Positions 47,640-56,448 of a stretch of DNA of 64,000 nucleotides are shown here, one piece after another. Under the pieces are notes generated by a model, which did not search any database, was not told the origin of the DNA, and worked only from the letters and a program-made list of their open reading frames with translations. The position numbers and the translations under genes were made by a program. The stretch's first letter is position 1. Each line of letters starts with the position of its first letter. The DNA lies in IMG/VR virus record IMGVR_UViG_3300047157_000197, positions 62,001 to 126,000 of that record. One strand, given 5' to 3'.

Positions 47640-49164
47640 TAAATTTTTAGAAGAACTTATCCAAGAAGTTGAAAAAGAATTGGATGAGGCAACTGCAACA
47701 GGCAATGTAGCTGGGTATAATGTACCTGGTGCATTTTCTAATGGTGGTGCTAAAGATAAGAAGCGTAAGAAAAAGATTTCAACTCAATTCGGTATGAAGA
47801 TAGTTGGTAAGGTGGATGAAGATTCAGTAAACGAATCAATAATTACTGAAAAACAATTAAAAGGATTAGATGGAATTGATTCTAAAACTCATCTAAAAAA
47901 AATCTCAGATAAACAAAAATTAAAAATCATACAAGGGAATGGAAATATTATTTCATTTAAAGTTCCAAAGGGAAGTAGTAGAAATTTTTGGCAAGTAATA
48001 GTAAAAGGTAAAATTAAAAAAACAAGAAATCTTCAAGGATATGTAAGGTATATTGTACCTGGTAAAATGATAAATTCTCCTTTTTTTAAATCTGAGAAAG
48101 ATTTAATTAATGGTGTTGATTGGGATTCTGTTGAACAAACTCGTAGATTTAACGAATCAGTAAAAGAAGCAACATTCAGACCAAATTCAGGTACTATGAG
48201 TGGTGGTACATATGGTTTAGATAAAAGAAAGTATGAATTAAAAAGAGATGTTAAAGGTGTACAAATCGGTGATTATACAAATGTAACATTACCTAAAGGA
48301 ACTATTATATATAACTTACCAGGTGGAGTATTTGCACACCATCGTTCATTAAAAAGCTATGAAGCTGGAATGAATAAATATTTTAATAAACCTACATTCA
48401 GAGGAATATCAATTAGAAGAGAAAAAAATGTTATTCTTTCAATAGAAAAAAATTCAAAGATATTAGAATCAGTAAACGAAATATTAGTAATAGTAGATAA
48501 GTTTGATAAAAGGAAACAAGATTACGATAAAGTTTATTACCAAGATGGTGGTAAAAGACCAGGTGATGGAGATATCAACAAAGCACAAAAAGAATTTGCT
48601 AAGTTAAGTAAGAAACATAAAGGTTTAACTCTTATATCTGTTGATAGAAACAGTAAGATGTATGATGTAAATGAATCGGTAAACGAAGCAAAAAAAACTG
48701 ACCAATGGACACTTGATGTAATAGACCACTTAGAATACTTAAAATATCCAAAAAAAGATATAGATTATATAATGGATTTTGAGAAAAAGAAGATTAAAGG
48801 ATGGAAAAGAAAAAAAGTAAATCCAACTTCGGTGGGGCAACAATTAAATATTATTCTTAAAAAACTCAGAAGGAACGAAGCAATAGAATCAGTAAACGAA
48901 GCTAAAGTAAAAAGACCAGTAAATCGTTGGTTAGAATTAAAAAACGATGATTCAATGCATGCTCATAAGAAAATGGCTATGGGATTGAAAGAACTTAAAT
49001 ATCAACTTAGAGAAACAGAAAAATTCTTTAATTGGTATAATAAGATTAAAACAATGAATGAGTTAGATTCTGATAACTATTGGAAAAGAACAAACAAACA
49101 TATTTATAAGATAAAGGAGAGATTGATAAACATCGCTCGAACTATACAGGAGATAGAAAAATGA
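47617..49164 (+). CDS. Modular internal head polyprotein with five ESVNE-type linkers
   Basis: Linkers at 47821, 48154, 48466, 48673, 48886 separate unrelated 60-100 aa basic modules. Confidence 0.7.
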   Translation: MSMEQNLNKFLEELIQEVEKELDEATATGNVAGYNVPGAFSNGGAKDKKRKKKISTQFGMKIVGKVDEDSVNESIITEKQLKGLDGIDSKTHLKKISDKQKLKIIQGNGNIISFKVPKGSSRNFWQVIVKGKIKKTRNLQGYVRYIVPGKMINSPFFKSEKDLINGVDWDSVEQTRRFNESVKEATFRPNSGTMSGGTYGLDKRKYELKRDVKGVQIGDYTNVTLPKGTIIYNLPGGVFAHHRSLKSYEAGMNKYFNKPTFRGISIRREKNVILSIEKNSKILESVNEILVIVDKFDKRKQDYDKVYYQDGGKRPGDGDINKAQKEFAKLSKKHKGLTLISVDRNSKMYDVNESVNEAKKTDQWTLDVIDHLEYLKYPKKDIDYIMDFEKKKIKGWKRKKVNPTSVGQQLNIILKKLRRNEAIESVNEAKVKRPVNRWLELKNDDSMHAHKKMAMGLKELKYQLRETEKFFNWYNKIKTMNELDSDNYWKRTNKHIYKIKERLINIARTIQEIEK

Positions 49165-49442
49165 AAATAACAAGAGAAGCATTAAAAAACATAGTTAAAG
49201 AAACTATGATTGAAGAATCTGAATATCAAGAATTTTTCAAAAGAGCCTTAGAAAAAGCAGGTAAATCTATTCCTTCTATGTCTGATGAAGAAAAGAAGGC
49301 ATTCTTTAACAAGATTGAAAAAACTTGGAAAGGTAGAGGAGCAAAAAAAGAACAAGTTTCTGAATTAACAGATGCTCAGAAAAAACTACCACCAGCACTT
49401 CAAAAGGCAATAGAGAAAAAAGATAGTAAGAAGAAAGACTAA
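49161..49442 (+). CDS. Small prohead core-like protein
   Basis: MKITREALKNIVKE leader; YQEFFKRALEKAGKSIPSMSDEEKKAFF; upstream of protease as T4 gp67/68. Confidence 0.55.
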   Translation: MKITREALKNIVKETMIEESEYQEFFKRALEKAGKSIPSMSDEEKKAFFNKIEKTWKGRGAKKEQVSELTDAQKKLPPALQKAIEKKDSKKKD

Positions 49443-49443
49443 A

Positions 49444-49620
49444 GTGACTAAAAAAGAATTGTATGATATAATCAATGAGGAAATCGTTAACTTCAAAAAA
49501 GGAAAAATTAACGAAGACCTTAATGAGTCTGATAAAGATTTAATAAGAAAAATCATCAGACAAGAGGTATCAGCAATCTTTTTTGATTTATTTAAAAAAC
49601 GTAAAAGTTGGGGAGCATAA
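49444..49620 (+). CDS. Small prohead core-like protein (GTG start, not in ORF track)
   Basis: VTKKELYDIINEEIVNFKKGKINEDLNESDKDLIRKIIRQEVSAIFFDLFKKRKSWGA*, 58 aa; stop overlaps protease ATG. Confidence 0.65.
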   Translation: MTKKELYDIINEEIVNFKKGKINEDLNESDKDLIRKIIRQEVSAIFFDLFKKRKSWGA

Positions 49621-50201
49621 TGGCAAATTTATTAATAGAAACAAACCTATTCGAAGGTAGAGTAAACGAGGACGAGAGTGGAAGAACTATCGTTAAGGGT
49701 ATTTTACAAAGAGCAGGTGCAGAAAATCAAAATGGAAGGATATATCCTAAACCAATTTTGATGAGAGAAGCTAAGAAATACGAAACACTTATTAAAGAAA
49801 GAAGAGCACTTGGTGAATTAGACCATCCAGATTCTTCTGTAATCAATCTAAAGAATGTATCTCATAACGTAAGAGAGATTCATTGGGATAACGATGATTT
49901 AGTAGGAACAGTTGAGATATTACCTACCCCATCTGGTAACATCTTAAAAGAACTACTTAAAGCAGGAATCCTTTTAGGTATATCATCAAGAGGTATGGGT
50001 TCAGTAGAACCTCTATCAGGTGGTAAAGTACAAGTAGGTGAAGATTTTGAATTGATAGGTTGGGATTTTGTTTCTAATCCATCAACACATGGAGCATTTA
50101 TGACTCCGATGAACGAATCTGTTAACAAACAAGGTGAAGTTTGTAACGAGTGGTGTAAATCACAAGATTTAATGAGAGAAATTATAACAGAATTAAACTA
50201 A
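49620..50201 (+). CDS. Prohead protease (T4 gp21-like)
   Basis: NQNGRIYP, ALGELDHP, NVSH, GISSRGMGS, WDFVSNPST; likely start 49620 (track 49608). Confidence 0.95.
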   Translation: MANLLIETNLFEGRVNEDESGRTIVKGILQRAGAENQNGRIYPKPILMREAKKYETLIKERRALGELDHPDSSVINLKNVSHNVREIHWDNDDLVGTVEILPTPSGNILKELLKAGILLGISSRGMGSVEPLSGGKVQVGEDFELIGWDFVSNPSTHGAFMTPMNESVNKQGEVCNEWCKSQDLMREIITELN

Positions 50202-50204
50202 GTT

Positions 50205-50393
50205 ATGGCATTTGATATAAAAAAATATTTAGGTGATAATGATATTAAATTAGGAACAGTAACAAGAAACGTTGCAAGTGTTCCATTTAAAGGTGGTCAC
50301 AACGATATAAGAAAAACTAATTATGATGTTAAGATTACCGAAGATGGTAAACTTGATTTATATACTCTTAAAAAGGAGACAAAGAAATTATGA
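50205..50393 (+). CDS. Small head-region protein
   Basis: 62 aa, MAFDIKKYL N-terminus resembling capsid MANFDLSKL. Confidence 0.55.
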   Translation: MAFDIKKYLGDNDIKLGTVTRNVASVPFKGGHNDIRKTNYDVKITEDGKLDLYTLKKETKKL

Positions 50394-52204
50394 TTAAACT
50401 AACTGATTTATTACAAGAACAAGATTCATTTACTGCAATCAACAAAAGTAGTGGTAACGTAACTGCATTTAAATCAAAAGATGCAAGAGACTCTGCAGTT
50501 AAATCAGGTACTCATGATAAAAATAAAGATTCAGAAGATGATGATGATAAAAAAGATACTCCTAAAGTAAACATCTTTAAAAGGGATAATGATTCCGACT
50601 CAAAGAAAAATCTTCAGAAAATGAAAAAAGATAAAAGTGGAACTCAAAAATCTTTATTTCCTGATGAGAAACCAGATTCAAAACCAACTGGTGATTCTAA
50701 TAAAATAAAAGACCCAAAAGGAATGTCAAAGGTTGTTCCTAAAGATATTGGAACAGACCCTGATAAGATGGAAGCTTGGCTATTTGATGAAGATGGTGCA
50801 ATTGGAGATGGTCAAAGTTTCGGAATGAGTGATAAAAACGCAGATGAACTTTACAATTTACATGGTAAATATGATGATGCAAAAAAAGCTGGTGATAAAA
50901 AAGAAATTGAACGAACTAAGAAAGAGTACATTGAATTTGTTTATAACAATTTAGAAAAAAATCAAAACAAACCAAAAGAACCTGAAACAAACGATTATTG
51001 GAACAAGGATAAAGATGCACCTAAGAGAGATGATAACACCGATACACAGATAGATGATGTTCAAAATAATATTGGTGATTTAGATGGCGATGAAATGAGA
51101 GATTATGCAGAATCAGATATATTCCCATATCTTAAAGGGAAAGATTTAGAAATTGCAAAATCATTAGTAGATGATATTGAAGATTCTGGTTCAGATTTTG
51201 TTAGAAGTGCTGATGTAAGGGCAGATTTAAAAGATTTATTTGATAAGAAAATGACTTTAGATTCTCCAAAAATAAAACCTTTTGCTCCAAAACCATCTAA
51301 AATTGTACTAAAGAACCTTGATACATTAGGTGACATGGCGATTGGTGATAAACCAGCATTAAATCCAAAAGATATGGGTGATGCAGAATATGAAAGAACA
51401 ATGTTACGAATGATACATAATTCATTAGAAGATTCAAACTATCATACGGCTAACAGATTTATCTTTGCAGATTTAGAAGGTAATAAAGAAAAAAGAAAGA
51501 AAGCTGATTTCAGAAATGCTCCAGATTTAGGTTCGCCTGATTATAAAGATTGGACAGAAAAAAACACTATCTATACAAAAGATTTTAATGCAGGATTTAA
51601 TAGAAAAAATGAAAGAGATGATTTATTTGATAAAGTTTCAATTGAAGCTGCTCAAAAATCAGGACATGATGGTGGACAAATTCTTGCTGGTTATCTTGTA
51701 AAACTAAGAAAAGATGGTAAAGAAGATTTAGCAAATAGAATTCAAAAATCATTTGAAGATGCTGAAAAATCTATGGATGAGGGTAAACTTAGTATCACAT
51801 CTCTTGTTAAAGAATCTATATTTATAAAAAATTTAATCAACGAAGGAACTCGTTCTCAAGTTGGTGTGATTGGTAGAAATGGTAAGATTGTTTCTGCATA
51901 CGTTCATTTCGATGGTTATCCATCAAATATGAAACCAGGTTTAAAACATCACATGAAGAACGAAAAAGATGTTCTTAAACTAATCAAGATGGGTGGGGCA
52001 AGAGGAATCTTTGATGATAAAGAAATTGAATATTACAAAAAAAGTGGTCAACCATTAAAAGGTGATTCTAAAGATATTAAATCATATATTAACGATGCTG
52101 GAGTTGAGGCTGGAGCAGAATATGTATATTTATACAATATAAAGGATAAGAAATGGTATTTCGCCGATGTATATGGTAAAAAAGAACTAAAAAAATTATT
52201 TTAA
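50390..52204 (+). CDS. Internal head polyprotein with C-terminal TRS...HFDGYP domain
   Basis: MIKLTDLLQE leader; D/K-rich middle; LINE/GTRSQVG...YVHFDGYP...AEYVYLY C-terminal module. Confidence 0.65.
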   Translation: MIKLTDLLQEQDSFTAINKSSGNVTAFKSKDARDSAVKSGTHDKNKDSEDDDDKKDTPKVNIFKRDNDSDSKKNLQKMKKDKSGTQKSLFPDEKPDSKPTGDSNKIKDPKGMSKVVPKDIGTDPDKMEAWLFDEDGAIGDGQSFGMSDKNADELYNLHGKYDDAKKAGDKKEIERTKKEYIEFVYNNLEKNQNKPKEPETNDYWNKDKDAPKRDDNTDTQIDDVQNNIGDLDGDEMRDYAESDIFPYLKGKDLEIAKSLVDDIEDSGSDFVRSADVRADLKDLFDKKMTLDSPKIKPFAPKPSKIVLKNLDTLGDMAIGDKPALNPKDMGDAEYERTMLRMIHNSLEDSNYHTANRFIFADLEGNKEKRKKADFRNAPDLGSPDYKDWTEKNTIYTKDFNAGFNRKNERDDLFDKVSIEAAQKSGHDGGQILAGYLVKLRKDGKEDLANRIQKSFEDAEKSMDEGKLSITSLVKESIFIKNLINEGTRSQVGVIGRNGKIVSAYVHFDGYPSNMKPGLKHHMKNEKDVLKLIKMGGARGIFDDKEIEYYKKSGQPLKGDSKDIKSYINDAGVEAGAEYVYLYNIKDKKWYFADVYGKKELKKLF

Positions 52205-52214
52205 GGAGAGTACA

Positions 52215-52967
52215 ATGATTAAATTAACCCAACTAATGAACGAATCAGAAGAAAAGAGACCTCTTTCTAATGAAGTTAAAAAACACTTCTTAGAAATCGT
52301 TTCTACTTACAACAAGTACCAAGAATCAATGGATAGAAAATCTGATATTACTCAAGTAGCAGAAACACTTGGTGGTATTACAGAAGCAGCTAGAACATTA
52401 GCAATTCACGAAGGAGATGATTGGTTTGATAAACACACCATTAAAAGAAACATGAGTGAATTGGATAAGTTGGGTAAACAATTCGATAAAGTTGCTCTTG
52501 AAGCTAAGGCACTTGACCAAAGAATGGGTGGATTATATGAAGATATGGGACACATACTTTCAAGGTACTACAAGATTGGTGAGATTTCAGAAGACCAGAT
52601 GAAAGAACGTTTAGGAATGAACGAATCTAAAGAAGATTGTGGTTGTGGATGTAATGGAACAACTCCAGGTGGATGTAATGAATCTTTAAACGAAGAACCT
52701 GTTGCAGTATCAATGAGAAACGATGATGGTTCTATCACTACTACAATAAAAGAAGTAAATGAATTAAATGAACAAGAAACTGCATTATATGAGTTTGGCC
52801 AAAAGGTTGAAACTCTAATGGAGAAAAATTGTCCAACTGATTCAAGTAAATGGAGTTCTTACAAATCACAAGCAAAAAAGAAATTTGATGTTTATCCATC
52901 AGCATATGCTAATGGTTGGGCAGCTAAGAAATATAAAGCAGCAGGTGGAGGATGGAAGAAATGCTAA
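52215..52967 (+). CDS. Internal head protein with C-terminal YPSAYANGW module
   Basis: MIKLTQLMNE leader; helical domain; CGCGC; LME/KNCPTD...YPSAYANGWAAKKYK. Confidence 0.6.
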   Translation: MIKLTQLMNESEEKRPLSNEVKKHFLEIVSTYNKYQESMDRKSDITQVAETLGGITEAARTLAIHEGDDWFDKHTIKRNMSELDKLGKQFDKVALEAKALDQRMGGLYEDMGHILSRYYKIGEISEDQMKERLGMNESKEDCGCGCNGTTPGGCNESLNEEPVAVSMRNDDGSITTTIKEVNELNEQETALYEFGQKVETLMEKNCPTDSSKWSSYKSQAKKKFDVYPSAYANGWAAKKYKAAGGGWKKC

Positions 52968-53983
52968 TCAACGAAAGATTTAAATCTCCAAACAAAGAAT
53001 TTGAAAAAGTATTCAATCTTTTTAGAAAGAAAGATTACTTTGATGAAAAGAGTCAGGTCAAGAAAAAACAAGAAGAGTTTGTACGATTCTTGAAAAAAGG
53101 TGACCCTATGGCAACCAAAGTTTTCAAACAAAATAAAGAGGATATGAAATCTTCATTATCTTTTATTGAAGATATGGTAATGGACTATAATAAGAAAAAT
53201 CATTTTGAAGCTTTTCAAATATTTTCAAAAGCAGTAAATAATATTGAAATGAAAGATTCTAAATCAGCTGAAAAATCTGGTAACTTCATTAAAAGTAAAA
53301 TTCACAACAACTCACAAAAATACTCATTGGCAATTTATAGTGCAATTCGTAAACAAAAATTTAACAACTATAAAGATGTTCATAAAGATGTAGATGAATT
53401 GGTTTCTAAGAACGAATCAGTAAACGAAGGTAAAACAATATCTTCTTCTAAAATATCTATGATGGGTGCAAGAGTTCTTAATAAAATTAGCATCGGTACT
53501 ATATTTAATACAGAAGATGGAAAGTATGAAATTACGGATTATGGCCGACAGGCAAATGCATTTAAAGAATTTGAAGCAGAACATAATGGTAAAAAAGTAA
53601 AGGTAAAATTAACTGCAATGTATGGTGTTGAGTTAGAAGTAACTAACGATGTACGCAGCACTAGATTTAATAAAAAAGTAAAGCTAAATTCTATTATTTT
53701 AGAATCAGTAAACGAAGGTAAGAAAAGATTCAAAAGACAAGATGGTATTGGTAAAGCAAAATACACAATCTCTTTCCATGATGGAAAAAAGAAACATAAA
53801 GATGGTAGTGATTTCTTTGATATCAAAATTTTCAAAAACAAAAAAGATTTAAGTGATTTCGTTGGAACACTTGCAAAACAAGGATACAAACTAACAAGAG
53901 AATCAGTAGTTACTGAAGGTTATCAGTATTTCAAAGGCAAAATGGCTAGAGACCTTAAAGGTGACTCTGGTCGTCAAGTTTAA
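52952..53983 (+). CDS. Modular internal head polyprotein with three ESV(N/VT)E linkers
   Basis: Linkers at 53414, 53702, 53900; likely start 52961 after GGAGG; last module appears to continue in +1 frame. Confidence 0.7.
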   Translation: MEEMLINERFKSPNKEFEKVFNLFRKKDYFDEKSQVKKKQEEFVRFLKKGDPMATKVFKQNKEDMKSSLSFIEDMVMDYNKKNHFEAFQIFSKAVNNIEMKDSKSAEKSGNFIKSKIHNNSQKYSLAIYSAIRKQKFNNYKDVHKDVDELVSKNESVNEGKTISSSKISMMGARVLNKISIGTIFNTEDGKYEITDYGRQANAFKEFEAEHNGKKVKVKLTAMYGVELEVTNDVRSTRFNKKVKLNSIILESVNEGKKRFKRQDGIGKAKYTISFHDGKKKHKDGSDFFDIKIFKNKKDLSDFVGTLAKQGYKLTRESVVTEGYQYFKGKMARDLKGDSGRQV

Positions 53984-54368
53984 AAAAGGAACTAAGGTTA
54001 CTTTAGAAATTCAGCCCAACTATTATATTATTTATGGACCTAATAGAAAACAAATCAGTTTAGATAAACAAGATTTTGATTCAGAGACATTACAACAGTA
54101 TGTTATATATGAATCAGCAAACCAAGAAGTACCACAAGGATATAATCCAGTGGTAGAAGATAAAAAACAAATCAAAGATTTAGTAAAAAAAGTTAAACAC
54201 GAAAAACTATTTTACGATGTACTTGATACCATGGAAAAAAAGTATGGTAAAAACAAATACAGAATTTGGTTAGAAAAATCCCTAAAAGATTTTGGAGTAA
54301 ATCCAAAACATTACGATTACAGAACCAATGCTGGTGCAGAAGAAAAATTATTCCAATTAGGTAAGTAA
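53961..54368 (+). CDS. Probable frameshifted continuation of 52952-53983
   Basis: GTG start without SD; removing one T at ~53980 gives DSGRQVKKGTKVTLEI; contains IYE and VVE linker-like sites. Confidence 0.5.
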   Translation: MTLVVKFKKGTKVTLEIQPNYYIIYGPNRKQISLDKQDFDSETLQQYVIYESANQEVPQGYNPVVEDKKQIKDLVKKVKHEKLFYDVLDTMEKKYGKNKYRIWLEKSLKDFGVNPKHYDYRTNAGAEEKLFQLGK

Positions 54369-54712
54369 TGAGATTACAAAATATCATAGACGAGATATTT
54401 GAAGAAACCACAAATGAAGATTTGAGAAACTGGTTTAAATCCAAGTGGGTTAACATCGGTAAAAAAGATAAAAGTGGTAAACACCCCCCATGTGGTACAA
54501 GTGGTAAGAAAAAAGGATATGCAAAATGTGTTCCTGCCAAGAAAGCCGCATCTATGAGTAAGAAAGAAAAAGAATCTGCAACTCGTAGAAAAAGAGCAGC
54601 ACAAAACAAATCCAATAGAGGTGGTAAATCATCTGCAGGACAGGGTAAAAAACCTATCAATGTTTCTACACATACCAAAGGAAGAAAATCAGGAACTGGT
54701 AAAGGTTCTTAA
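54368..54712 (+). CDS. Small basic head-associated protein
   Basis: MRLQNIIDEIFEETTNE leader then DLRNWFKSKW...CG...KCVP...RRKR. Confidence 0.6.
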   Translation: MRLQNIIDEIFEETTNEDLRNWFKSKWVNIGKKDKSGKHPPCGTSGKKKGYAKCVPAKKAASMSKKEKESATRRKRAAQNKSNRGGKSSAGQGKKPINVSTHTKGRKSGTGKGS

Positions 54713-54763
54713 ATTAAAATTATATATACTTATATAAAATAACGTTACACTAAAATTAGGAGA

Positions 54764-55072
54764 ATGAGTAAAAAGAAATCAATTGTTTCTGTTAAGGTAA
54801 TCAAAGGAGATATCAACAGAGCATTAAAAAAATTAAAAAGAAGAACCATTGACTCTGGTCATCTTCTAGAACTAAGAGAAAGAAAATATTATATAAAACC
54901 CACAACAGTTCGTAGAAGAGAAAAACAATTAGCAGTTAGAGAACAAGAAAAGGAAACTATACTTGGTAAAATAGCAGATGGTGATACTAAATTAAGATTT
55001 TATACTAAAAAACCTAAAAGAAAAGGTAACAAAAACGATAAAAATAAGAATAATGAAAAAAAAGATAAGTAA
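54764..55072 (+). CDS. rpsU: Phage-encoded ribosomal protein bS21 with basic C-terminal extension
   Basis: VSVKVIKGDINRALKKLKRR...G.LLELRERKYYIKPTTVRRREK matches bS21 core. Confidence 0.85.
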   Translation: MSKKKSIVSVKVIKGDINRALKKLKRRTIDSGHLLELRERKYYIKPTTVRRREKQLAVREQEKETILGKIADGDTKLRFYTKKPKRKGNKNDKNKNNEKKDK

Positions 55073-55099
55073 AATTATCTTTTAAAATATATATTCTAT

Positions 55100-55108
55100 A
55101 TTTATATA
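55100..55108 (+). promoter_or_regulatory. ATATTTATA putative promoter of scaffold-capsid operon
   Basis: Intergenic copy ~150 nt upstream of ATG 55256. Confidence 0.65.
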
Positions 55109-55114
55109 CTGAAT

Positions 55115-55227
55115 AACCTACCCAATGTAGGTTCTTACTAAGGTTAATGAATACCCACGATTCTTATGTGAGGTGACTAAAAAACCGTTTTACAATAATC
55201 ATTATTGAAAATCCCTAAATATTTTCA
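55115..55227 (+). promoter_or_regulatory. Structured 5' leader of scaffold/capsid operon
   Basis: Hairpins AACCTAC/GTAGGTT (55115-33), ACCCAC/GTG-GGT (55153-74), CAATAA/TTATTG (55193-207), TGAAAAT/ATTTTCA (55206-27). Confidence 0.45.
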
Positions 55228-55255
55228 CGAACACAAAACGAAAAGGTAAACTATT

Positions 55256-56413
55256 ATGGCAAACTCAAATTTGTTAAAAGAAGCTATCGCTGATGCAAAA
55301 GCTGTTAGAGAAACTGCAATTGCAAATGCTAAAATAGCTTTGGAAGAAGCTTTTACACCTCGTTTACAATCTATTCTATCTCAGAAACTTCAACAAGAAA
55401 TTGAAGAAGGTGAAGAGGAAGAAGAAAAGGTTGAAGAAAACGAAGTAGTAGAAGAAACTGAAACAGTAGTAGAAGCTGAAGTAACTGAAGACGAAGATAA
55501 AGAAGAAGTTGAAGAATCAACTGAAACTGAAACTGTATCTGAAGAAGAAGTAACTGAAGGTGAAGACGCTGAAGAAGAAAAAGAAGTAAAAGAAGAAACT
55601 GAAGTTGTTGCTGAAGAAGAATCAGAAGAAGAATCGAAAGATGAAGTATCTGAGGAAGCTGAAGAAGAAGAACAAGAAGTATCTGAAGAAGAAGATGAAG
55701 ATGAACTTGACTTAGAATCAATCATTAAAGAATTAGAAGCTGAATTAGACGAAGACTCTCACGAGGAAGAAGCTGATGAAGTTGAAGAAGAACTTGATGG
55801 TGAGGAAGAAGAACAAGTATCTGACATCGCATCTGATGAAATCGAATCTCACGAAGATGAACATCACTCTGAAGAAGAAGTATCTGAAGAAGGTGAAGAA
55901 CACTCCGAAGAAGAAGATGACATAGATGAAGAAATCGACTTAGACGAAATCCTAAAAGAAATGGGATACGGAGAAGAAGATGAATCTGATGAAGAAGAAG
56001 TTTCTGAAGAAGTTGTAGAAGAAACTAACGAACTTGAAGAAGTAAAATCAGAGCTTACAGAAGCAATGAGTACAATCAAGGAACTTAAATCTACAATCAA
56101 CGAAGTAAATTTATTGAACGCTAAATTACTTTACACTAACAAACTATTCCGTTCTTATGATTTAAACAATGACCAGAAAATGAAAGTTGTTGAAACATTA
56201 GATAGAACTAAGAATGTTAGAGAAGTAAAATTAGTATTTAGTACATTAGCAGAATCACTAAAAATTGGTGGAACTGCAAAAAAACAAAAACAAGCTAAAA
56301 TCAACGAATCATTCGCATCTAAACCAGTTGCAAGTACTGCTCCTACAAAGGAAGTAATTACTGAATCAACTAACACGATGGCAGAAAGATTTAAGAAATT
56401 AGCAAATATTTAA
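55256..56413 (+). CDS. Prohead core scaffolding protein (T4 gp22-like)
   Basis: LLKEAIADAKAVRE N-terminus, long Glu-rich tract, EVNLLNAKLLY, RFKKLANI end; precedes capsid gene. Confidence 0.85.
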   Translation: MANSNLLKEAIADAKAVRETAIANAKIALEEAFTPRLQSILSQKLQQEIEEGEEEEEKVEENEVVEETETVVEAEVTEDEDKEEVEESTETETVSEEEVTEGEDAEEEKEVKEETEVVAEEESEEESKDEVSEEAEEEEQEVSEEEDEDELDLESIIKELEAELDEDSHEEEADEVEEELDGEEEEQVSDIASDEIESHEDEHHSEEEVSEEGEEHSEEEDDIDEEIDLDEILKEMGYGEEDESDEEEVSEEVVEETNELEEVKSELTEAMSTIKELKSTINEVNLLNAKLLYTNKLFRSYDLNNDQKMKVVETLDRTKNVREVKLVFSTLAESLKIGGTAKKQKQAKINESFASKPVASTAPTKEVITESTNTMAERFKKLANI

Positions 56414-56448
56414 AAATTTAATTAACCCAAAAAAAAGGAAAAATAAAA

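Larger units (their letters stand above)
47821..53917 (+). repeat. Dispersed in-frame 15-bp repeat GAATCAGTAAACGAA (ESVNE)
   Basis: Exact at 48466, 48886, 53414, 53702; one mismatch at 47821, 48154, 48673; variant at 53900. Confidence 0.85.

Noticed and set aside
47821-53917. ESVNE repeats as a CRISPR array
   Set aside because: Repeats are 15 bp, in frame within ORFs, with 190-420 bp coding spacers of variable length; no cas genes or leader
55400-56050. GAA-rich low-complexity tract as a repeat element
   Set aside because: It is the Glu-rich region of the scaffold protein, expected for gp22-like proteins
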